From positions 1-64,000 of the forward strand of contig RDEW01000064.1 in NCBI GenBank assembly GCA_011109175.1: a DNA stretch of 64,000 nt, written 5' to 3'. This DNA is from Dicyema japonicum. Lineage: Eukaryota; Animalia; Dicyemida. Shown piece by piece: positions 12,101 to 23,149 of this stretch (position 1 is the first letter of the stretch; every line of letters starts with the position of its first letter). Made by a program: the position numbers and the translations under genes. The notes beneath the pieces are model-generated. The model had not been told where the DNA came from. It worked only from the letters and a program-made list of their open reading frames with translations, and did no database searches.

Positions 12101-12263
12101 TTGTAGCAAATGAAAAAAATAAGTAATATGAAAATTTTTATTATTTTCATTATCTTGCCTGACTTCACCATATAAGGAGCCACATCGCTAATAAAGATGT
12201 CAAACTTGAAATTTTAAATAAGAATTTATCAAAAACATCTCTAATTGTTTGAATTATAACAGT

Positions 12264-12447
12264 TGTGGGGGAGCTATTAGGTAGATTGTCATAGATAGCA
12301 GGTAGACACGATAACAGAACGTCCAAGACGGCAAGAGAAGAAAGTGAGTAGCCAGATATATACCTGGGATTTCCGTTGGGATAATCTTCTTGACAGAGCG
12401 CATCTTCTAATTCAAATGTACTGAATTTATTGATGACTTAATAACAT
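12264..12447. repeat. Short interspersed repeat, possibly a solo LTR (second copy at about 19515-19660)
   Basis: About 140 bp shared: tgtgggggagctattaggtag...acacgataacagaacgtccaagacggcaagag...cagagcgcatct; begins TG, candidate ACA ends. Confidence 0.55.
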
Positions 12448-12449
12448 CT

Positions 12450-13400
12450 AAAGTGTCTGGATTACAAATTGTGATCCCGATGCGTTCCAGTAAAATCCTC
12501 ATCCTTTCCCGGTGCTTTCACCTCGTGCCCACACAAGCTCGTACTGGGCGGCTGACTGTATTTGCAGGGCCATTTTCTCGCATGCCGGAGTTTACTTTCA
12601 TGAGGGCCTCCAGAGTAGTCGGTCCGGTTCTGTGTCTCCCACAAGTCCACCGCTCGGTAACTCTGAAAGCCTTCTTTTGTACGTCCTCGATTTCTTAGTT
12701 TTCGTCATTGATAATGAAGGTCCCCACGAAGCACACGCGTACGAGAAGCATGGTTCAATGTATTGTTTGTAGATATTCATCAAGACCGGGTTCTACCGCT
12801 CGGTAACTCTGAAAGCCTTCTTTTGTACGTCCTCGATTTCTTAGTTTTCGTCAATGATAATGAAGGTCCCCACGAAGCACACGCGTACGAGAAGCATGGT
12901 TCAATGTATTGTTTGTAGATATTCATCAAGACCGGGTGGGTACCTGTCTTCCTTATTCCAGATAAACATTTCAATTGATTTTCTTCTCGCACTTCAGAAC
13001 AATGTTTGCCACGTGTGGTGACAAACATAAGTGCGTATCCAGTGTCACGCCTAGGATCTCCTGACATTTGCTGACGGGGATTTCAACGCTGTTCAATTTT
13101 AAGATGACAGTCTTCTTCCCCAACCTTTTGTCCGAAGTAAACATAGACGTGACCGACTTCTGGAATTTACCGTGAGTCGGTTCTTCATTACCCAGGCGTT
13201 GAGTCGGTCCAGATTAATTTGTAATCTTTCTGTAGAATTTTGTAATTTAATCTTCCAGGTATAAATTGAATAAAGCGTGATAAAGGAGATCCTTAGGGGA
13301 CACCGTTTGGGAAAAGAAGCGAGACTGATTTCAGTCCTCCGAGGCATACACGTCCCCTCAGTCCACTTAAGAAATTTGTTATCTAAAGTTTAAGCTTCTC
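12450..13400 (-). mobile_element. I/Jockey-group LINE RT fragment
   Basis: LQINLDRLNAWVMKNRLTVN and IYKQYIEPCFSYACASWGP, similar to 45266-46078. Confidence 0.7.
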
Positions 13401-13519
13401 CGGGATCTCCGACATGAAAATTTTCTTTGATAATATTTTTCTCGAAATAGAATCAAAGGCATTGTTAATATCAATGGAACATAAGACTGTTTTCAAATGC
13501 CTTGGTTTGTTTGAAAAAT

Positions 13520-15262
13520 CATCTATAATGAAGTTGGTTTTGGTGAGGTAGTGACGTGCCTCGTTTCTTGATTAGATCGCAATTGAGGAAAATGTCTAAA
13601 AGGCAATGGATACAAAGGGATGCATCTCGTCTAAAAGTCCTTACGTTCAATGCTAGAGGCTTATCTACGACCTGGTCGAGGAAGATTCTCTGTGATGACC
13701 TGGAGAGATACGACGTTTCTATTGGGTGTCTACAAGAGACGAAAGTTACTTGTAGCCTTGATGAAAACTTTGGCGAATATCGAATTATATGTCAGCCGAG
13801 CGACTCAAAACATTATAAACTTGGATTTGCCATCCACTCAAAGTTGACAAGTGCAGTCCACCGTATATGGAGTGTGAATGACAGGATCTGTGTTATACAA
13901 ATCCGGCTAAACGACTTACCTCCTTCGAAGAGCTTTCTGACAATTGTAAATGTTTATGCGCCACACTGCGGGAGAGTAGCGAAAGATCCGACAGAACTAC
14001 ACGACGTCTATTCAACACTGTTACGGACGTACAACGAATATGAGTCGTTATCACTAATACTCATTGCTGGTGATTTGAATGCTAAAGTCGGGATGAAGAA
14101 TAATCTGGATGATGTTTTCTTGGGAGAACATGGACGTGGAATAAGAAATTTACCCGGGACAATACTTGGTCACTTTTGTATGGCAAACAACCTTTTCCTA
14201 TGCAATACTGCATTTACGCATCCTGCCTGCCACAAAACTACGTGGATGGGGAAGCGAAGGAACTCAGAAGGAAAGCTGGTTCCAATATACAACCAAATCG
14301 ATTATGTCATATGCCGGGCTAAAGACAAACACCTTCTAGTAAACGCACGTTCATATCAAGGTTCGACGACTGTCAGCGACCACAAGATGGTTTTTGCGAC
14401 CTTCACCCTGAAAAAACATGCCATTAAATACAGGAATGCAAATAATCACGAATTTAAGAAAATCAGAGGCGACTACGCGACTGAAAGGCTGATTTCTCAA
14501 CCGGAGACTACTGAGAGATATCAACAATACATTCAGACTAATTTGCAGGACGTATTGGTGGATACCACGCTAGAAGACGCCTGGAAACGCACAAAGGACA
14601 CCATCAACGAAGCTGCTGAAGCATGTCTTGGCAAAAGGGAGAATAGTAAAATGCACCTGAAGGCTATTCATCCAGATGTTCCCGAGCTTGCGAAAAGTCT
14701 AAAAGAAATAAATATGAGAAAATCAAATGCCACTGACACTAATGCGATAAAAGCCCTTCAAGGCGAAAGACAACGTGTCAGAAGAAAAATAAAGGGTCTG
14801 AACAAGAAGCTTTTCATAGAAGAAATAGCCTCCTGTATAGAAGAAGTAAACAAAGTGAAAGACAACGCACAGGTGTACGTCGCTGCCCGTTTGCTGCGGC
14901 GAACGAACCGAAGTCGACTAACCATAAAAGACGAGAACGGTAAGCTGATACTGAACACCAAAGAACAAACTGAAGCCATCGCGGCCCACTTTGAGAAGCT
15001 TTTCAACATCAAAACCATAGAAATCCACCCATTTGATGGAAGGCCAAGACCCCTTAAGATACCAATCACGGCCGAGGAAATCAAAACGGCCTGCCGAAAA
15101 CTCAAGAATAACAGAAGCCCCGGACCAGATGCGATAAACCCAGAACTACTGAAATACGGCCCTGACTTCCTTTTTGAAAAAATCGCTACACTACTAAATG
15201 AAATGTTTTCAACTAACTCAACTCTACCTCTGGGTACGGGACTACTAATCCCCATACAAAAA
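13520..15262 (+). mobile_element. RTE-clade LINE: AP endonuclease plus start of RT, open frame, cut by an N gap
   Basis: ORF from 13556: TFNARGL, GCLQETK, NVYAP, AGDLNAKVG, NQIDYVI, SDHKMV, then SPGPDAINPELLKY. Confidence 0.9.
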
Positions 15263-15442
15263 NNNNNNNNNNNNNNNNNNNNNNNNNNNNNNNNNNNNNN
15301 NNNNNNNNNNNNNNNNNNNNNNNNNNNNNNNNNNNNNNNNNNNNNNNNNNNNNNNNNNNNNNNNNNNNNNNNNNNNNNNNNNNNNNNNNNNNNNNNNNNN
15401 NNNNNNNNNNNNNNNNNNNNNNNNNNNNNNNNNNNNNNNNNN
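15263..15442. other. Assembly gap (N run)
   Basis: 180 N. Confidence 1.
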
Positions 15443-15899
15443 ATAGTTTCAACCATTGACTAAAATTGCTAAAAAGTTGCAACTTTAAAATGAAAATATA
15501 TAACTAAAATGAATTATTTTTCACTACATTATTATTTATCTAACTTTTATTAAATTATATTTAATTTCAATTTATTGCAATTAGTTGCCCTAATAATCAC
15601 TTTATTATATTTAATTAAGTTTTCTTGCACGATTCACTTTATTTATTTTTGATTTACCTGAAAGCGCTTTGAGTATATAAATTATTAATATTTACCTCTA
15701 GGCGATTATTCGATAAAATATCAGTAATTTCAGCTGGTTTTTCATAAGGCATCTTAAAACGGTTAAGTCTTAATGACAGGTTCCATAATCCCTTACCATG
15801 CGAACCAAAAATTAATTATAAAAAATACTTATCTTCTACTTTAAAGTGTCATGTTTACTGTAAACATCAATTACAGTTAAAATTTATTTGTAGTCTTCA

Positions 15900-16560
15900 T
15901 TTGAAGTAATCAAATTTTTGACATCGATTCATATTACAAATGACAGATGATGGTAACCAGTCCAGCACATTACAACTATTATTTTAGCAGAAACAATTTT
16001 TAACACAAAAATTTAGTGAGATAATTTTTTTCATTCTTGACAAAGTTTTTGAAGTCTCGGTGTCATTGAGGAGAGTGCTACTCATAGCTCATTATGCACT
16101 AACAAACGAGTTCGATATTTAGATTTCATTGCATCTGGTGCAGAAAATCCAGTTTCGCATAAATGAGGTTACAAATGTTAACAAAACTTTCATTGCTTTT
16201 ATCGTCAAAATTTCATATTCCTTACATCGATTCAACCAAAAATGAATTAGCGGTTCTCTCAAATTTTTGTCTCAATAATGTATCACATAACAATTATATC
16301 AATTTTTTCTAATGTTGTCAATACAAATTCATTATCTTCATCAATAAATGGATTCTGCATCCATGAGAACGTTCGAGATCTTTAAAATAATGAACAAAAA
16401 ATAGATCTTCTATTATTGTATTTTCCGCGACATATCTGATACGGGCAATTAAATGTGCAGTTATGTCACTTCCCTCATCAACTTGTATAGCGAATTTATT
16501 ATTGCGTAGTCGAGAAACCAATCGATCACAAAGATCTTATATGTCTTTACTGGGGGTTTT
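15900..16560 (-). pseudogene. Charlie/Buster-type hAT transposase remnant
   Basis: KFAIQVDEGSDITAHLIARIRYV..IIEDLFF. Confidence 0.65.
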
Positions 16561-16759
16561 GTCAGTAAGTCGAAAATTCATATGTTTTTTTAAATTGTTT
16601 AAAACTTATAAAAATATCGATTTTAATCAAAAATATTATATAAATCAAAAGTTATAAAGTCAAAAAAGTCAAAAATTTGGGTAATGTCAAAAAATCAAAA
16701 TTTAATTTTTTATGTCAATAAAATAAAAAATTTTTTATCAGCTCACGAATTTTCTAACA

Positions 16760-17303
16760 ACACCTTTTGATTGAATCTNCCTTCACGTCTGGAAGATCTA
16801 TGGTCTGGGACGCAACTTGCATAGACACGTTCTCAAGCACGAACATTTTTAAATCTGTTCAGACACCTGGAGCAGCTGCTTCGACCGCGGAAAACCTAAA
16901 AATTAAGAAATATTCTTGCCTCGGGGATCGCTACCGATTTACTCCTGTTGCGACCGAATCATCGGGAGCCGTTGGTCCAATGACGGCTGAATTCTTGCAA
17001 GAACTCGGAGGATTGCTTGGCAGAAAGAAAAGGGATCAACGAGAAGGGTTATGGCTAAGACAAAAGATCGGAATAGCCATACTCCGAGGGAACTCGTTCG
17101 CAATCCACGCAGCAGGCTTCCTCAACTGACATTTGTTTAATTGTTAAAAAAAATTAATCATGGCAGAAAGAAAAGGGATCAACGAGAAGGGTTATGGCTA
17201 AGACAAAAGATCGGAATAGCCATACTCCGAGGGAACTCGTTCGCAATCCACGCAGCAGGTTTCCTCAACTGACATTTGTTTAATTGTTAAAAAAAATTAA
17301 TCA
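16760..17303 (+). mobile_element. CRE-clade 3' end; last 143 bp tandemly duplicated
   Basis: ORF 16767-17129: VWDATCIDT, FTPVATESSG, WLRQKIGIAILRGNS. Confidence 0.8.
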
Positions 17304-17339
17304 ATTGATTCACTAAAAAAAATTAAAAAAAAAAATTAA

Positions 17340-18040
17340 TATAAAATAATAATATTCTTTGTGATGTCTGAAAAACGTTTGGAATAATTCCCGCATAAAT
17401 GACTATTGTGAGACTCCCCCAAACGAAACATATATTCTAAGATGTTTGGAGAGGTAAATGTAAACAGACTCCTTTCCCAAAATAGGGATTCTATTTTCGT
17501 TCCTTTCAAATCTTCTTGATTGTTGTGGTTACATTTTGTACTTCTTAATAAAGACATCAGGCAAGACACGTGTGATATCGTACAATTTTAGGTTATTCTT
17601 GATAACGTCAGGTTCTCATCATTTCATTAATTGAGAGGGAAATTATAGACTTATTAGACAAAAGTCTATGATTATCGGATTTGAACGTCGTGGGTTCGAA
17701 CCCGAACGATGAACTTTTCAGGAGGTCAATTTTCGTCATTAAGATCCCACGTAAGGTGACGATTTTTTCTGACACGGCACGGTTGCTCAATGTGATCTTC
17801 TTACCTTCTCTCTGACCAAGTCTACTAATGATGATTACCATTATGAAAACTCTTCTACCAAGAGTGAAGTGCGAGGGTGAAGAGACCTCCAGCAGCCTGT
17901 AATGGACTATTTGAGGATGGATTTGCCAATCAGATGTTCTCCCTTGGGTTCTTGCTTTTAGTTATAGTAACTATGATACTGTCCGGGTTGACAAATTTAT
18001 CACTTGAAAACATTAACAACAACTAAGTCTTGTTTAGAAT
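17340..18040 (-). CDS. Putative micro-intron host gene of unknown function
   Basis: A 25-nt GT-AG segment (gtatcatag...taaaag) joins MFSSDKFVNPD to an open frame (IVHYRLLEVSSPSHF...) running into ORF 17608-17841; no family recognised. Confidence 0.3.
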
Positions 18041-18289
18041 GATAGGTCCCTTTTTACCTCAAAAAACAAAAAAATTTTTTTTAGTCAATAAGGCGATTAA
18101 ATTTGAAAATAGAAGAGGTCGAAGGATCGGTCCCTTTTTCCCTTTTTTAACTGAAATATTTGTTGAATACAATTTTGAAATAATATTTGCATGTTTTATA
18201 ATTTTTTTCAAATATTTTTTATTTCTTTTTTTTAAATATAAAATTGCACGCTTCCTTTTGATTCTGTTACGCCTTCTACATTACAGCTG

Positions 18290-18870
18290 ATGAATTAAAA
18301 AAATTATGAATAATCTCGTATATGAACAGCATCTTGATGGATTCAATGAAAATCAAAAGCGTACGTTACGCAGATGTCAGAATTTAAAACTTATAAATGG
18401 AAAATTAATTCTTGCACTTAATGGAAATCTCGTACTGTTGTCTGTTCCTTTCAAGAATCCAAAATTAATTCAATTTTAACCAAAGTACATTCTATCGGAC
18501 ATCCTGGAGTTTCCAAGATGTGCCATTTAATTTGGGGAAAATACATTGGTATCAATCAAAAAGTTATTCGCCATTTCATATCAACTTGTGATTCCTGTAC
18601 ATTTCAACAGTCTAAAGACTTGTTAAGATTTTCAAATGATTACCGTTTCACATAAATTCGAAAGATTCATGGCGGATTATATAGATCTTCGGAGATATTT
18701 TTCCTATAATAAAGAATATAAATGGATTCTCAATTTAATTGATTGTTACTCAAAATTTGCTGGTCATTTTTTTAATTAGTAAAACTTCACAAAATATAAG
18801 AAATTTTTTTGGACATGTTTTACACAGTTGGACCACCTGAAACCCTACACACGGATAATGGAAAAGAGTC
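18290..18870 (+). pseudogene. Ginger/Gypsy-type integrase remnant
   Basis: ERFMADYIDLRRY, IDCYSKFA, GPPETLHTDNGKE in broken frames. Confidence 0.6.
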
Positions 18871-19865
18871 CCGACAGAGATAAATACTTGTAGGAGTGGC
18901 TGGAGAGATTTCCTGAGAGGAAGCATCCTGTAGAACCAGTAATGACTCTAAGGGACTCTCAACTGGACACTTCCTGGTAGCTAGCATCCCTACATTCTAG
19001 TGAGGTAGGTGTAACGAATCAAAGATATTCTAAGCATGCTGTCATGAATGTAAACTCATGATATGTGATCTTGATCTTCGGTCGATGACGAATGTTACAC
19101 TTCCTGCTCATTTGTCCTTGTTTGCTTTGAGTTGCTGCCTCACTTTGAGATCTTATGTAACCCCTCGACATCACCATTCAGGAAGGCCATATCTGAAACC
19201 CAGACTCTAGGAGGATAAACTGTATCAGAATTCGTATAATTAGGCTTCCTACAAATCTTCCCTCAGAAGCTGAAGAAAAGCCTTGTGTCAGGACAGCAAT
19301 AATTTCAGAGTTTTGTCCAACAGTTACCCACTTCATAGCTTCGGAACTTCGTTGGATAATGAGAGTCTCTGAATCGGCATTGGTTTGCGTCTTGGGCTCG
19401 ACGTCTGCGAACCTCGCATTACAATATCATCGACATAAATGAAATGTACCGGTATTCGAGTTTACCTGTATAATTGGTAGATGTAGGTTGATTAAGGTTG
19501 TAAGGAGAACTGAGTTGTGGGGGAGCTATTAGGTAGAATGTCATAGATAGACACGATAACAGAACGTCCAAGACGGCAAGAGAAAAAAGTGAGTAGCCAG
19601 ATCTATACCTGGAATTTCCGACGGATGATCTTGCTCAGAGCGCATCTATATGTCCTGACAAACGGTTTGGAGACATCAGTTAAGATTTGCGATCGTTAAA
19701 ATCTTCAATAATAATAAATAAAGTCTGGGAAGTTGGATTCTGTAGTGGAAAGAGCGGAACTCATATTGGGGTTCGGTGAACAGCAGGTCTTGTTAACTTA
19801 ATACCATCCCTACAAAAACAAAGGCAACAGATTAATTTATAACTCATAAAGAACACATTAACCAA

Positions 19866-20811
19866 TCACAAATACACAGTAAAAGAGACCACTCTAGCAG
19901 TCATCCCCCCGTTATGAAGAAAGGACATAATTTTGTCGTAAGAAGGCATAGGAATGTCATCTTTTTACTAATCAACTTCGGATAACTACAGTCACTACAA
20001 CCCTCACTCATATTTATCCTCACAATCAGCAATCACCCGACCGTCCTTCATTAACGACACATCCAAGGTACGATCTACTACAACCACCCACTACCATTAA
20101 GAGTCCTTCGATGGTAAAAGTTCTTCACAGCCACAGCTTCCTCCATTGTAGAGAACACGAGCTCTGCAGTGTACTTCTCCATCTTAGCCTCACAGACAGC
20201 CCCAATGGCTGAGAATATGTGCTACAATAAAAATGAGGGTTACATATAGATTCTGGACTGTTATAATGTCAGGGAGATTCCTCACTATCACCTTTACTCC
20301 AAGGAGGGGACTTCTGTACTCACAGTCCTACTTTGAGTCACTCCAATACTTGTCTCTCAGACAGACTGTACTGTTGGGAGAAGTCCACGTGGCCATAGGA
20401 TTTGAGGAGTTGGTCGATGTGGCGGTTTATTTTCTGTTTGCTTTGCTCGAAGGAGGTCGTTGTTCCTCCGTTTTGGATGTTCCTGTGGGAGTTGACGGAT
20501 ACACATAAATTTTTAGGAGGAGACTCCATTGAAATAACGGTGACTGGACGATCCATCTGGATGTTGTCGATTGAGACTTTTTTTGGTGGTGGCTGAGCTG
20601 TGAACTTGGTCTTCTGTTTGTTTCTCACAACGAATGTATTTTTGGTAGTGGAAGTTAACGAAGGCACTGATTTCAGTTTGAATGTGATTTGGGATGATCC
20701 ATTATCTTTACGTTTCGTCACAGCGGGATTTGCTGTCGTTATTCTACTACGGGCGTCACCCTTGATGGGCTCAGTTGGTTTACTTCTTTCTATTAAACAA
20801 CGAGCATCCAT
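19866..20811 (-). CDS. POLDIP3: POLDIP3/SKAR-like RRM RNA-binding protein with micro-introns
   Basis: Introns 20328-20349 (22), 20222-20243 (22), 20075-20094 (20). Spliced RRM: RSPLLGVKVIVRNLPDIITVQNLYHIFSAIGAVCEAKMEKYTAELVFSTMEEAVAVKNFYHRRTLNDRTL. N-terminal DAR motifs; candidate C-terminus VVSFTVYL-stop. Splicing at 19950-20010 unresolved. Confidence 0.7.
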
Positions 20812-21169
20812 TTGTATCACCAACAACGATAACAAATTGATTTAAAATCGTTTATAATTAATTTAAAAATTATCTATTAATAATAATATAATGTTTGTTT
20901 TATATCAATTTATATTGAGCCTTTTGCTGTATTTTATGTACCACAGATTTTTTTAATATCTCGTGACGCCATGTGGTGCTACGTGGATAGTTTGCCAAAA
21001 TTATTTTCTTTCCTTCCGATGGCGTCACTGGATCCACCATACTGAAGAGGCGCCCAATGCCTGGCCGGCAACAAGAGGATCCAACAATTTTCCCCGGTTA
21101 CCTGGTGACAAGTTCTGGAATGCTGGAACTAGTCATGATTGAGGAGTTGTTAGTTTGGTTACCCTTGGT

Positions 21170-21420
21170 CTTTGGAAATAATTTTAATTTTAACAGACCC
21201 ATCAGGACACCATCGTTGGAGACTTTTTGAACACGTCCTGAGGTTGGACCTGATACCCTCACCGATTATCGCAATGGAAGCTTACTACTCCTCCAATGTA
21301 AAACTCTTTCGTGGAAGACCGAGAAGAACCCTCCCATTCGTTTACAAAACGATCTGAAAGCCGTGAAGAAAACATTGGCATCTGGTGACGATCTGGACTC
21401 ACTGGGGGACCAAGAACAGA
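21170..21420 (+). mobile_element. RTE-clade 3' fragment
   Basis: RWRLFEHVLRLDL..IAMEAYY..FRGRPRRTLP. Confidence 0.6.
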
Positions 21421-22563
21421 AGAGCCTAGAGCAAGCTTACTATTTCTCTAATATTTTTTGCTGTACATGCGGGGCTAAAAATATTATGGCACTCGTGAAA
21501 GTGCTAATAATAATAGACCCATCAGTTTGGTGATCAAAAAGCACGTTGGCGTCTATTCGGGCATATTCTGAGACTACATCTACAATTCCCCAAAAGCTGC
21601 GCAATGGAATCCTATTACACCATGAGCGGAAGAACAGCATTCCATACCGGCCACGAACATGTTATCGCCTAAAATCTACAGCGTGTAAAAAACAGCTAAA
21701 ATCTTGTATATTGCATGCAACTGATGATGGTGGAAAAACTTATGGAAAAAACAGTATTGCATGCAACTGATAATAGTGGAAGAACCTATGGAAAAGACAC
21801 TTCCCTCTGTGGGTTATGTGGTAAATTAATTTGCATATTTTACATTTTTCTTATGATTATAATTCTTTGACCTAGAAATTGGAAGAACATGGAAAATCAT
21901 CTTTCTGAGACCCCATATGAGGTGGTGGATAACAAGAATCTGCGTTAATAATAAATCATATTCTATTGAATTTCACTACCAAAAAAAGTAGACGCATTTC
22001 TATTCAATAAACAGTCAGTTCGTGTTGATTACAATTTTTAATTACTAACCAGTTACGTTGGGGTTGCGATTTCTTTAGATATCTACTAAGCTTCATGGTG
22101 GATGAAAACCTTTGCCCTCCTTTTCGTGAGCATGGATGAAGTGACAAACTATTGAGCCATTGGAAACCCAAAGTTCTAAACAAAGTAAATGTCGACTGCA
22201 CATGCGGGCCGCAATCAGTCCACCCAAAAATTGAAAGAGCATGGACGATCACCTATTGATGTACTCCACTAATTTTGTATTATATGCTGTCGCCAAAAAA
22301 TCCAGTCTTTGATAACCGAAACCTTAAATCATCCACGTGCACGTTTTTAAAAACTTACTGTCGATTTTATGTCAGCGCTGTCCTATCCATTTGCCCGACG
22401 TCATTCAATCAATCCACGAGGAGACTCCCAGTGCCAGGGTAGCAAAATATTTTTAATTTAAAATCATGAGACGAATTATACAACCCCCAAAACCTCAATT
22501 AGAAAAGAATACAGAAAAGAGATAGTTTTTTAAAGATAGTCTTTAAAAATGAGATTTAGTGGG

Positions 22564-23095
22564 TTAGCCATTGTGAGAACTTCTTAGTGATGCGACGTAT
22601 GAGAATTTATGGGAGAACATTTTGATTGCTCGTCTCAAAATATCGTGTTTGGAATTCATGACGGCGGAGTAGTTATAATTACCAGTTTCAAGAGGAAACA
22701 AACCAAATCCAGGAAGTGTGAAAATATGCTTTATTTCTTCAATTTTTTTAAACCCAATCAATTCTGATCTGTTTAGGTTAATTAAAGTGGTAGGAAGTTT
22801 TTTTCTAATCTTGCCCATGTATCTGAGGATTTTCTCGTCGTCTGAGAAAAATACAAGATGGTTTTCAATAAAGGCAAATTTTCTCATAAACATAAAATAC
22901 TTTTGAGGTCTACGAAACCCACCTGGTTTCATAAAACTTCCTATATTATAGTATCCACTCACTAATAAGATGTCTTTGTTGTTGACATTTGTCTACATAT
23001 TATAAACTCTTTACATCAATCGCAAACAACAATATACAAATAACAATCAAAAAAAGCAAGAAAATGATTCTTTTGCTTATACCTCTAATCCACAT
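22564..23095 (-). pseudogene. 3'-truncated paralogue of the HtrL/YibB-like gene
   Basis: ATG 23095, TM segment IIFLLFLIVICILLFAI, 22-nt intron 22993-23014 at the same position as in the 41768-42665 copy; similarity stops after SHKFSYVA (about 22592), before the WVDVG motif. Confidence 0.75.
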
Positions 23096-23149
23096 GTGAA
23101 TTTATTTGTATCAGCGCTGAATAACTTATATCTGTGATGAATAATTTAT

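Noticed and set aside
14758-15482. Long ORF calls across N runs (also 48308-49133)
   Set aside because: Poly-X translations of assembly gaps or antisense to TE ORFs.
21400-21780. Possible Gypsy integrase zinc-binding remnant
   Set aside because: Motifs too degraded to call.
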